A stretch of 52,377 nt of DNA, counting the filler, from Circinaria calcarea (taxonomy: Eukaryota): the NCBI GenBank assembly GCA_051942165.1. It is 2 parts of 2 records of this genome, joined end to end, with 100 filler letters (N's around TTAATTAATTAA, not from the genome) between each part and the next. Parts side by side here need not be neighbours in the genome. Positions count along the whole stretch, not along the records: positions 1 to 26,194 come from JAVECS010000084.1; positions 26,295 to 52,377 come from JAVECS010000085.1. One strand, written 5' to 3'. The notes under the pieces were generated by a model. That model saw only the letters and a program-made list of their open reading frames with translations, had not been told where the DNA came from and did not search any database. This document shows, piece after piece, positions 15,479 through 27,137 of this stretch. Position numbers and translations under genes: made by a program. Positions within the stretch are counted from its first letter, which is position 1; every line of letters starts with the position of its first letter.

Positions 15479-16252
15479 TTTTTCTTTTCTAGAGGCAGAG
15501 CGCTAAGCGCAGCTGCTTGCTGGCTGGACCCCTGCCCTGTAAAGCCTTTTAAGTTTAGTTATTAGTGCCCGCTCCACCCCTGCGCTGATTAGAGCGGGAC
15601 AGTAAGAAATTTTGGGCAAACGCCTACTGTTCTGGAATTGCCCCGTTTCTCAGCCCTCCGTTTGTTGTAATATATGAAGTAATCGTCCTGGCAGAGAAAG
15701 CAAGTAGAGAGCTTATGTTACCCGGCCGGATATTTGATCGGTTTTTATCGACGCGTCTGCGTGGATAACTGGCACGTTTTGAAAATTACTTTTTTAACAG
15801 CGACAAGAAATGAAAGTCAAGTTTTTAGCTAGGGGATTTGAGGGGCTTTATTTATTAATAGTATATACGAAAGGAAAATGGATGAGAAAGGAATAAGTTT
15901 CTAGAAGAGAGGGTTTTTAATTTTTCAACTATTTTCTATACTAAAGTACAACTGTTCAACAGTTCTAAATGTTTGGGATATTTGAACCAATGTGGAGATG
16001 TATAAGCACAACCGTTTGCTTTTTTCCCTTTCTTTGCTAATTCCGAAAGAATGGATGGAGTTTAAAGTGAAACAGAGGTAAGGGATTGGAATGAAAAATG
16101 GAGAGTATTCACGTTGCTGGCATTCGGTCGAGCTTTTTGTTGCCTTCCGGGTCTTTTTGCTTTATCGTCTCATCTGTCACACAACCAACGAAGACCGCTC
16201 CTCTCCAATTGCTAACCCCCTTCTCACACCATCCTCTCCTCTCCCAGACACC

Positions 16253-16660
16253 TCACGGAAACTCACAAACTGGATACGGATCCGACTCCTCGGAACTAAC
16301 ACACCTCATATTCTGGCTGCTCCCCATCTTTGTCCACACGCCCCTGGTCTGGCCGCGTCCGCCGGGGGAGTGATACTCGCGGTCCGCGTAGGTAATGCCA
16401 TCCAGCGCCGAGGATGAATACTGCGAGTACGGCGCCAGGTTGCGCTGCGTGCACTTGACGGTCTTGGCACGTGGGGCTGCGTTCTGCCAATTCCAGAAGT
16501 AGCAGAGATTGGGTGCGGAGGAAGAACCGGCGTCGGTGGTGAAGCGGAGCGTCCAGGGGGATTGGTTGTAGATTGTGGCGGCGTAAGTAGGGTGCGTGTG
16601 GAGGAGGAGGACTAGGATGGTGAGGAGGGTGGCAAAGGGGGGAGTTTTGAAATTGGGCAT
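16253..16660 (-). CDS. Small secreted cysteine-containing protein (135 aa, intronless)
   Basis: Signal peptide MPNFKTPPFATLLTILVLLLHTHPTYA-A. Mature region has 4 Cys. GC-rich codons. CAAAATG start context and an upstream TATA box. Confidence 0.8.
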   Translation of the reverse strand: MPNFKTPPFATLLTILVLLLHTHPTYAATIYNQSPWTLRFTTDAGSSSAPNLCYFWNWQNAAPRAKTVKCTQRNLAPYSQYSSSALDGITYADREYHSPGGRGQTRGVWTKMGSSQNMRCVSSEESDPYPVCEFP

Positions 16661-16811
16661 TTTGGTGGAGTGGTGGGAGTATGGGAGGACGTGGCTTTGG
16701 GTTTGCTTGTGGTTTGTGGAGGAGGAAGGAGTTTGTTGTAAGACTTCTGGCTTGCGATGATCTGAGAGTTCGGATGGATGGAGCGGCAACTTTGGGGGTT
16801 CCTTGAAAGGC

Positions 16812-16819
16812 ATTATATA
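16812..16819 (-). promoter_or_regulatory. TATA box of the small secreted protein gene
   Basis: TATATAAT on the minus strand, ~150 nt upstream of the ATG at 16660. Confidence 0.5.
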
Positions 16820-17238
16820 TTTTCTTGGAGCTTAGGGATCATGCGGGGAACGCCAAAGACCGCTCCAGCTGAATACGACGCCCTATGCAGAACTGTCCGC
16901 GTGCCGCCATTAGTGTATCCTTGGCCGACGGGAGAGCAAGCTGTGGGGAAATAAGACCCCAATTCGAAACTCCCAATCGGGAGATATCTACTTCTCGAAA
17001 ATGGCGTGGTGGGCGAGGGAAACGGCGTGCCGATCGGGGTGAAGGATGTTACATCGTGACTCGGAAACAGTAGCCCTTAACATAATGACTGGGTATGCAG
17101 GGAAGGGCAAGACTTGATATAGAAGAAGACGGTTTCAATATTCCTTGGCGTTGCTATTTATGAGCAAAACTCACATAGGGATTACGAAGGAGTTCGTATT
17201 AAGTCTCGCTTAATTTCTCCCTACCCATACCATATAAG

Positions 17239-17445
17239 GATCTCTACAAGGTTAGGCGAAGCGCTATAGCGAGTAGCTGTAGGACGGTAATTCATTAATA
17301 CAGCCTATTAATAATATATTCCCGAAAATCCGATCGGATCCCCGCCCAGAAAATAAAGTATTTATCGCTTGAGATAGTGCTAACTAGTAAATTACTATAA
17401 TACGGCTAGCCTAGCTAGCGCCTTCGCCTAACCATTGCGGAGATC
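17239..17445. mobile_element. Degenerate MITE-like element with ~29-45 bp terminal inverted repeats
   Basis: Left end GATCTCTACAAGGTTAGGCGAAGCGCTA (17239-17266) matches the reverse complement of the right end, GATCTCCGCAATGGTTAGGCGAAGGCGCTA (17416-17445). AT-rich non-coding interior. No TSD identified. Confidence 0.6.
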
Positions 17446-17717
17446 GCAAAAAAAGACGACCCTCAAAAGCCGCATAGACTTCTGACACCAACTGTAAAAC
17501 GCATCTGACTGACTTCTACAAAGACTATTGGGAGAGCAGAAGAAGAAAAAGAGGAGAGGGAAGGGAGAAGTGGGGAAAAGTGTATGAACAGGGAGTGGAG
17601 GGTTCTGGTATGTCTAGAAGGAATATTAAATGTTACTAGCACTCGACGTTGCAGTTTGTAAGAACAGCTGAGTAAATGTATTGACAAGTTCTTCCCTAGG
17701 ATACCAAAACGCTAATT

Positions 17718-20700
17718 TTAGGCTAGTCTTCTTCTTTTGCTGGTTGAACTCTCCTCCTGGCCCAGCGGTCGCTCTTGTTGGCTTTGGTTGCCAGAATCCA
17801 TGCTGAAGGGTTCTAGAGGCCTTAATGGGAGGCCTCCGAAAACAGGACGATTATCATCAGCGCTTCTCACTGCGATGTTGGATTGAGCCGGAACGTCAGA
17901 GGTCACGGCAGGATTAACTGTTTTTCTGAGCGAGCTTGTTGACTGACATAACTCATCCCATGTCATGCCAAGGTACTTTGATATGTTTCGAGCCCCTGGT
18001 CTTTCCCCGGGCAATTTCTTACATTGGAAAGTCGGATCCGCGCCAGATTGCAGCAAAAATCTTAGGAACTCCGCGGATCTCTTATTGGCATGATGGGCGG
18101 CAAGGTAAATGGCGGTTGAACCATTTGTGAGACTCGTGTGTGCTCCTTTCCCGACACATATAAAATTTATATTAGCTTTATTCTCCAATAAGTATCTGGC
18201 GATCTCGATCGATTTGCAGCCTGCAGAGATGGCTAACAAGAGCTCCGATTGCGCGGACTCGCTTGCGGTATGTTCCAACAGAATTTGAATGCATTGGGTA
18301 GCCACCAGTTCCTCTTCCGGTCCCATTTCTTTCCATTGATCAATAACCTGACGATAACAAGCTTGCAACTTCATATCCGCTCCGTAATTCATTAACAACT
18401 TCATGGACTCCGGAGACCTGACTACAAAAGCAAGATTAACGAGGCTTGATTTCTCATCTGCATCGAAGTATAACCACCCGGTGCAGTTTTGTGAATTTGC
18501 CCAATGTTCAAGGAGTACTCGAAGAATTTCTATTTCTTTAGACTGAATAACTAGAGAGAGATTTTTACTGTAGGTTTTCATGTTATATGTAATTATGCCT
18601 CGGGTATTGATGACGTACCCAAACTCCAACAGAAGCCGGACAGCAGGTACAGAAGATGTGCGAATGGCGTTTTCCATTGCCCTTGACAAGGGGGGATTTG
18701 GGATCTTCTCCAGCAGCTTCCGCGCACAAATCAGCTCATCAGCCTCGATCGCGTCCAAAAATATGCTCTTAAGATCTTGCGGATCATAGGGCTCGTTATG
18801 TGACGTTTTAGTTGGCACTGAGTCTCTGTTTTGGTGCGTTTCTGAGAGATGTTGGTCAAGCAGGCTTTGCGAAGAGAAACAAATATGCGAGAGGTGGCAG
18901 TCAGGAAATGAACATCTTAAAACTCTATCGTGAGACTTGACATGAGCTTTTCGTTCAGTCTGCGAAGCAAATCCAATACGGTGGAATTTACAAACAGGAC
19001 GATCACATTTGAAGATGTGTGGTCCGTAGCGTTTCACCAGCTTTAATTGTAGAGAGTTCTTAAGGTGGTCTCTGGATGGGCACGCAAGGGAGTCGAATCT
19101 TTGCCAAATACGAATAGAAGCCGCTGACACTAAAAGAGGATCGTCGTTGATCCACGTTGGTCCTATAATTCTGGGCATTAGACCACCATACCGAACCAAA
19201 AGCTTTTAAAACTTGGAAGAATTCGAAGTTCAGAACCATTTAAAGGGCCTTGGGCCCTAGGCTCAGTTGAGAACCTACATACCATTTCGGACAGAAACAA
19301 CTTGCCGTTTCTCTTGCATGAACGAGCTCATCCATCTTAGGGTGTCATAAAAACTGAATAATTGAAAGTAAACAAAGCTATGCAGAGAAACCTTGCTCGT
19401 GTCTAGCGGAGGCTCGAAATTAGGGTTTACCCGCTGTTCGAGGAAGTCAACTAAGACCTGACATATGTCTACGGTCGTAGATGAATCCGGCATATCTTGA
19501 GTGCATTGTTTGACATGCTCTAACCATTGGCTTTCAGCGTAGGCTTGTAGCACATATTCCCCAGCTAGTATTGAGTCATCGATCGCGGAGTCGTCAACAC
19601 TAACATCGAAGCACTTAAATGCAAGGTATGACATGCATGTTATGGCAACGTTTCGATGCGCAGCTACCCTTTCCAGAAAGAAGTTACTTTGCGATCCGAA
19701 TATGTATCTGCGAAGTCCTCATTAGCCTTTGATTCGACTAGATCGTGATGCAACAGACTCCTTAACAGTGAAATGTACAAAGACTACGTATTCGTCTTGA
19801 AACTCGACTATCGGCCCACAGAGCTGGACCATGTTGCGAAACCAGAAACGATCCCAAGATAGAGCGTTGTCTCCTAGTCTAATGGTGAGGGCATGCTCGA
19901 TCTCTTTTCTCTTTAAAGGGAACGGAGAACAGCCAATCCATTCAAGGATACTTCTCGCTTCTTCTCGTTCATTTGGTCTCAAATTCTTATCGATTCTCAA
20001 TCTGATGCGATCATATCTAGGAACAAGTTATTAAAACTCCTCTATTCGACGATCTGAGTAGTGAGTAATATGGAGACACACGCTTCATCCAAACCTTGTG
20101 GAAGATTATTGACTTCATCCCTGAGATTATGGATATTTGTTTGAGACATCAGTGTATCTAACACTAGTCGGGCATATAAGAACATTCCTAATGGCATAAA
20201 TTAGTAACAGGCATACAAGTTCAAAAGATGAAGCGAAGCGGTACCTTCAGCTTTTGTAGCAACTGGCTGGAACATTCTCCGAATCTCATTCGCCGTGGCG
20301 GAATCAATCTCTCTCCCTGAATCGTCTTGACATCTCAAAATCCATTCATTGGCTTTATCGACCACAAATGCCTCAATGTCGCTAAGGTTTTTATTACCGA
20401 TACAGATCCGCTGGGCGGCCGTTCTTAAAAGCCTTGAGATATCAGTTTCATCTCGACTGCTGATAAGAAGCTTCAGATTGGCATTATCGTTTGCTAGCTT
20501 TAGTAATATTACTACCAGAGCTTGCCTTTCAGGCTCCTTAATTTCGTCTAGTCCGTCGATAATAATGCATACCGATTCAACACCCTTCACTAGATCATAA
20601 AGAAGACTTTGAACAAAATCTACTGAGCTAGAAAGCTGCCGAGGATTTGACTGATATGCATGAATCACAATCGGCTGTAAATGCTTGTTTTCGACTAGAA

Positions 20701-21894
20701 GCTGAAAAGTGAGAGAATGCAATACTTGTAAAGTCGTCGTGTTGTTGTTTTGATGGCTAAGGATAGCGAATAAGGTATTCAAAGTCTTCTTCATCATACC
20801 GCGGATGATTACCGAAGATAGGTATGTTTTCCCTTCTCAACATTAACCCTCTTCAGGCAGTTTTGGCTTGCACCCTACCTGCACCAGGTATGCCCACGAG
20901 CCATATAATCCGAGTCATAGGGCTCTTGAGGTCGGACCAGTCACAGAAAGCGTCTTCAGTCCTCATCCACTCGCCCGTGACTCTGTTGCATTTGCTGCCG
21001 AGCCGTTCCAATTCATGGTCATACATACTAGGTGCAATGGAACGATTTACCTCCGCGAAGTTCAATCGATCCCACTCTTGTTGATTTTTGTCATATTCTT
21101 CATACGCACGTTCCCGTGCCTTGTAGGCTTCGGTAATATTTGCAAGCGTCACTTCGTCAGTCACGAGAAGCTTGTGACGTCTGATGTTATGAAGAATCAC
21201 AGAGATTTTACCTGCATATCGTGGCCATAGAGACTCGAAGAATATACTCCATTCTAGGCCAGTTTTAGCATCTAGTCTGCAGCATTTAACATGAGAGGTA
21301 GTGAATACTTTTGTGTCGAAAGAAGTTTAAAATAGTGACATGAAACTCTAAAATATCACTGTAGAAGATACAGAGTGCATGCTTCATTCCTTGGCTCATA
21401 TTGAACAGGTTTCCATATACTTGAAATTGAGGGAGGCTCTCTCCAATCTGAGCCATAGCTTCTAGCAAGGCATCCCAGCTCTTCAAAAATGTGCTTGAGA
21501 TCTAAGTACGAGTCAGTAGACGTGAGCGGATGGAACCAGAGAATGCTAACCAGGAGCAGGAATTTAATTGGGCCCTAAGGAAACATGAGCATTTCGGTCC
21601 AAGTTATAGATTACGACGTACCCAGATAAGACAGAGTATTTCTGGTTTGGCTTGCATGAATGTATCAAATACCCCGGTGTATTGGTTGAGACCATCTAGG
21701 TAGGGTTGAATCCTCTTCAGATTCCGTAGTGTATTTGTCTTGCCCTGTTCTTCCTGGATTTTTTCAGTCGCCTCATATACCTTGTCGATTGATGTAAACT
21801 GAGAGAAGTCATAGTCTGCTGCATCTTTAAGGTTGTGGAGAAACTCCTGTTTGGCGGATTCAAAAACACCTTGGATTGATGCTGAGGTACTCAT
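17718..21894 (-). CDS. NLR-like STAND protein: helical N-terminal domain, NACHT NTPase, winged-helix region, two C2H2 zinc fingers, ankyrin repeats
   Basis: Walker A WLVGIPGAG|KTYLSS, Walker B IIIDGLDE, LLISSR, GMFLYARLV and FVHFTVKE. Fingers CDRPVC..HVKSH and CSFPDC..HLSETH. Ankyrin-like LLEFG, LLMNYGAD, GSTAIYLAA and LLQSGADP. C-terminus SKRRRLA. Multi-exon; the junctions I checked splice in frame. Confidence 0.88.
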
Positions 21895-22384
21895 TACTTG
21901 TCTATAGACTGAGGATTCTCGGAAACAACGATAATAATCCCACTGTAACGGCGATGTCTTGAAAAGAAGATCTCACCAAAGGCCGCTTTTAATGTATGCA
22001 TGCACAAGGCCGAGCAATGCAGCGCCTCAATGCTAGCCTGGCCAATGGCTGGCCAGTGGCGAGATAAGCCATTCTGAGGCTCTACTCGTCCAATAGCACC
22101 CCGCGCATAAAGGCGCACTGCCACGTATCTGAGAGCCTTGGCTCTGAGCTACCCATGCGTGATTGGACTTACAACAAGACAGTAGAGCCTTGTCTCGCTA
22201 AAAAGAGGCTGTGCTTATTCTTCTTGCATGTAGCGCATAAGGAACCTCTCCTTCCCACAATGTCTTTACGCCAATCACTATCTGTTTCAATTACTTCGTA
22301 GCTTTTCGTTCTCATACACAAGGTCATTGATATATATGGCTGATCTCGCTGGGAAGCCCATAAATCCAAGCCATAACCCGAGTC
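21895..22384. promoter_or_regulatory. Putative bidirectional promoter shared by the NLR and SNF2 genes
   Basis: 490 bp between divergent ATGs. CCAAT boxes at 22042, 22090, 22271 (+) and 22162 (-). Inverted repeat CTGGCCA-N5-TGGCCAG at 22038-22056. Confidence 0.55.
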
Positions 22385-25300
22385 ATGAAGCGAAAATGGT
22401 ACGAAGCTAATAAAGCTAGTCGGATATCAATCAACGACCTTCTTTCACAACCTGCAACTGAATCAGCTAGCGGTGTTCCTACTGATAGCCAGCGGGCGAA
22501 TGGAAATCAAGTCCAAGCGCCTTTCTCATGTCTCTCCACCGAGCACCCGCTGGGCTATGTAATACCTCCTGAGTTTCCTATTGGACAGTTTGGATCATTG
22601 GACTATACCAGTCGGTCTCAGAACAACTTTGATAGCTTCCCAAGTATTGGCGATGTTTACCTACCCAGCCTGTCTGACGAGTCTCCATCGCTCCTCTTGG
22701 GACCAGCCAATCACGATACCATCTCGGCTAATTTCCCAAGTCAGATAAGAGATCAGTTCTTGGGCATATCACAGGACTTTCTGCGAGAACCCAGTTGTGA
22801 AGAAAGTAGAGATCACTTGCATGCGTCGCTATTTGCTGAACAAGAGGAATCCTGTATATATATCCTTTGATTTAGCCTGCCTCAAAGATGTGTACTAACC
22901 AACACTTTCAAAGCTATACCCACGTTAGATACGGCAGATACTTCATTAGATTGTGTGCAATCAGACAAGTACAATGTGTGTTTAGGAATGGTAAGTTTAA
23001 GTATCGATTAATAAAATGTTGGTACATTGAATAATTCGAGTGATAGATTTATACCGATAAAATAAAAATATCTCAATCCGTTCGCGGAAAGGTTGGCCAA
23101 CCTATGGACGTCTTGCTAAAGTTGCATGCAGACATCACCACAGTGTACTTTAAAGATTCTTCGCAGTATGCCGGTATACTGGATCAGTCCACAGCGCAAG
23201 TTGTGAAAAACCTTGTTCAAAGCTTTCGAGTAGAATTGTCCACTACTCTGATATCTCAGGGTACAGAAGTTGTTCGTCGTAATGCACCTAAAAATCATTT
23301 TGATGAGCTGTGTATTGTGGTGTACGGCTTTAACAACGATAGTGAAGCAATTGGGGATTTGCTCTCCCAAAATAACACGTACTTACAGCACCCTCGAGTA
23401 TATGACCGTACGGTGATCTATGATAATCCTCAGTATCTCGTTAAGCCTGGCAGCAAGCTAGAAGCTCCTGATGATCTAGTTTCAGTATCAGCTACTGCTT
23501 TGTCTACTGAGCGGAAGAAAGCTGTACTTACCAAGGATCAAATCGTGCAAGTCTTCGACAATGCACATGGCCCGCAGATTTATTGCGAAGTACCAGTGAG
23601 TGAGCGCCTAGAGACAAGGCTTAAAAGGTGAATAGCTGGTTCACTGTGGTCCTTTTATTTTCTCCACGACACCCGATGTCCAGCTCTGATTTTGGATTAC
23701 AGTCATCAAAAGAAGGCTCTTGCTATGATGCTCGAGAAAGAACGAGGGCGAATCGAAGGCAATGAATTCGGCAGCATGTGGGACTGCGGACTAATGGAGA
23801 ATGGCCATCTAAGGTTTGCTACATATAAGTCTTGCGAAGACATGCAGTAACCTTACGATGATCATAGGTATAGAAACATTGTTACCGGATCTGTAAGGGA
23901 TGAGCGCCCTCAGATGTGTCTTGGTGGCTTACTCGCAGATGTAAGCATCTTTATTTATCACATTGTTATATCTTGAGGCTGAGGCATACGACTCGCCTTC
24001 AATAGGAGATGGGCCTGGGGAAGACGTTGACCACGCTTGCTCTCATCGCTACTTCCCTTGACGGCTTAGACCAAACAGCAACTCAAGACACCATGGATTC
24101 TCTAGATGCTGGGCTTAACTCCAAGTGTCGAACCACTCTTATTGTAACACCTTTATCAAGTATGCTGTTCCTCGTGCCACACCGAAAGCATATACTGATC
24201 TGGTGGGTCTCAAGCTCTTTCTACCTGGGATGAGCAGATCATGCGGTAGGCCTCCAAATCTCTTTATGTGCCGGCCTTCGAGCTTATCATTATCTATAGA
24301 CATTTCAAGTCGAATAGCATAAGGGTATTGCTTTACCACGGTGCTGGCAAAAAGGGCAACCCCTTAGAATCGGTCAATCAGGATATCGTAATTACAACAT
24401 ACGGTACCCTGACAGCTGAGTGGTCGGAGAAAGCCCAAGGTTCGACTACGAACTCGGGCATATTACACTCGTACAGCTGGCTTCGTGTAGTCCTAGATGA
24501 AGGTCAGTTATGGGTCCACGGAACTTTGGTATTGCGTAAACTGACATCAGCCGCTTAAAATAGCTCACGTCATAAGGAATCATCTGACAAGACAATATCA
24601 AGCAGCGAACGCTCTCAAAGCCGAACATAGATGGTGTTTGTCGGGCACACCAATCCAGAATAGAGTTGAGGATATTGGAGCGCTGTTCAGTTTCTTGCGC
24701 CTGGCGCCTTTTGACAACAAACATACGTTTAACACCTATATCAGCAATCCGATCAAGGTAGGCAATCAAGCTGGCATGAAGAGATTACGCTTGATCATAA
24801 ACTCTATAGCCTTACGACGAACAAAAAATTGTGTTGGGGATGAGCTTCAACTGCCAAGGCGGGTCAATCAGGAAGTTTGGATCAAACTTGATTCCGAGGA
24901 GAGGAAGCTCTATGATGTGTTCAGAAAAAGCTCCTTTGAGGTCGTCGATACAATGGCTCATGACACTTCAAAGGTAAAGTCCTTTAATACTGTACTAAAG
25001 GCAATCCTAAGGCTCAGACAAATTTGCAATCATGGCTCCGATCTGCTCTCGTCTGAGGCTCTAAGAACCATAGGGAAAACCCACGATTCAAGCACAGATA
25101 TTTCCTCAAACGAGGGAGTGGAAACTTGTGAGGGCTGTGACACACCGCTTACAGACCCGGCAATAGATGAGAACGGACCAATTCAATCTGGCTGCATGCT
25201 ACATATGCTTTGTTCTCAGTGCTTACTCCGAGGTCAGGAAGAAAGCGATCCAGAATGCCTGGTTTGTCCCTTGTGTACAAGAACAGGAACAGGAGCCGCT

Positions 25301-26145
25301 GTACTTGACGAGTATTCGGATGAAGGACAGACGCCGAGTTCAATCGGTACTAATGAAAGCGTTCGACCATCATCTAAGGTCCAAGCGCTGTTGAAGAACT
25401 TGAAAGCTTTTCGTGCGGAGTCCTCGAACATACCTATCAAAAGGTTTGATCCCTTTCCCTTTTCCAGAAGGTCAGATTTACGAGGGCTGACCGCTCACCA
25501 AGCGTTGTTTTCTCGGCATGGACTAAGTTGTTGGACCTAATCCAAGTAGCATTGCAATCTGAAGGCTTTAATTTCGTGAGAATCGACGGTAAGAAGTCAG
25601 ATAAGCAAAGAAGGGAAGCCTTGAAAAGGTTCCGCACAGACCGGACGTGCACAATCTTGGTGGCGACCATCGGGAGTGCCGGCGTAGGGTAAGCACAAGT
25701 CATTGATTATTCCTGTCCATAAATGGGGAAAGACAGTGAGCAACTGATACCAAGGGTCAGCTTAGATCTAACGGCCGCTTGCCGGGTTCATCTAATTGAA
25801 CCGCAGTGGAACCCTGCAGCCGAAGAGCAAGCTCTAGATCGAGTCCACAGAATGGGCCAGACTCGGGAAGTTATTGCTATCCGTTACGTTGTCGACAAAT
25901 CCATTGAGAATGTAACAAAAAAACACCGCTTTGCATGCATGATACGCAAGGATACTAACCGCGTGCAATGCAGTACGTCATGTGGTACCAGAAAAGAAAG
26001 TTGGAATTGATCGAGCATTCACTGGGAGCGAACCCGTTAAAGGCTGACTTGGTTAGGAAACGCTTGGAGGTAAGGTAGTTTAGGTTCTACGAGCTTTAAT
26101 CAATTGCTGACCAACCCCTAGAATCTGAAAAGCTTCTTAAGTTAA
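22385..26145 (+). CDS. SNF2-family ATPase with inserted RING finger (Rad5/Rad16-like group), ~13 exons
   Basis: GGLLAD|EMGLGKT, TLIVTPLS, VVLDE|AHVIRN, CLSGTPIQN, LRRTK, LRLRQICNH, RING-like CEGC..C..H.LCSQC..CPLC, VVFSAWT, RIDG and EPQWNPAAEEQALDRVHRMGQ. Twelve introns splice in frame to the stop at 26143-26145. Confidence 0.92.
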
Positions 26146-26194
26146 AAGGCTGTCGGGTAAAGTCTCGCAGGGGAAGAAAGGGGAAGGGGAAGGG

Positions 26195-26294
26195 NNNNNN
26201 NNNNNNNNNNNNNNNNNNNNNNNNNNNNNNNNNNNNNNTTAATTAATTAANNNNNNNNNNNNNNNNNNNNNNNNNNNNNNNNNNNNNNNNNNNN
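26195..26294. other. Assembly gap with synthetic linker (44 N + TTAATTAATTAA + 44 N)
   Basis: Exactly 100 nt and symmetrical. TTAATTAATTAA places stop codons in all six frames. Confidence 0.95.
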
Positions 26295-26326
26295 CCCCCA
26301 AAACAAACAAACCAACAAACCGTTAA

Positions 26327-26521
<195 letters not shown>

Positions 26522-27137
26522 GGAAGGAAAGGAGGGATAAGGTGGGGATTGTGGGTTGTTTCGTGGCTAGGGAGTGGGGGAGTGGAGAAGTGGGGGGTTT
26601 GGGTAAAAGAAAGAAAAGTGTGGAGCCGGGTTGTTTGAGATTGGGGGACCCCTGGTTTTTAAGCTTGTCTTTGGCTGTAGAGGGGTTCATTGGGTGTTTG
26701 GAGGAAAAAGGGTGAGAGGGAGATTGGCTCGGGGCTCGAAATGAAATGAAATGATCCCAAGGATGCTACCGATAATCTCTGATTCCAAATGCTGTGTGAT
26801 TACTAAATACACTCCTAAATACACTCTTCCCCCTCGTCCTCTATGTACAACCAGGCAAATTCGACGCTATTCTCAGCCCTCCATGCACTTTCAAAGAGCC
26901 ATCAGAATCCAATGAATCCGAAGAGTCGCGCCGTCAAGAAAAGATCCACGCCTCCCACGGCACGGGGCTCAAAACTCCTCGCCAGATGCAGGGCAGATTA
27001 CCCATCTCCAAGGTGGAGTCCCGTTTCACCGAAATGCCATACTCGCATCATCTCAATCCTCGTACCTTCCGATCTCAGACGGATCTCGTTGAGCGATGCG
27101 TTATATCATCCACCCTTTTCTGCCACAAGGGTATCCA

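Noticed and set aside
21604..21894. Amyloid signalling motif at the NLR N-terminus pairing with the HeLo-like protein
   Set aside because: The N-terminus is a helical domain with no short N/Q/G-rich motif, and the HeLo-like protein has no matching C-terminal prion-forming region.
10380..26194. Island as a Starship element
   Set aside because: No DUF3435 tyrosine-recombinase gene or boundary direct repeats are visible in the window.
26239..26250. TTAATTAATTAA as a biological palindrome or piggyBac TTAA site
   Set aside because: It is centred in a symmetrical N run and is a six-frame-stop assembly linker.
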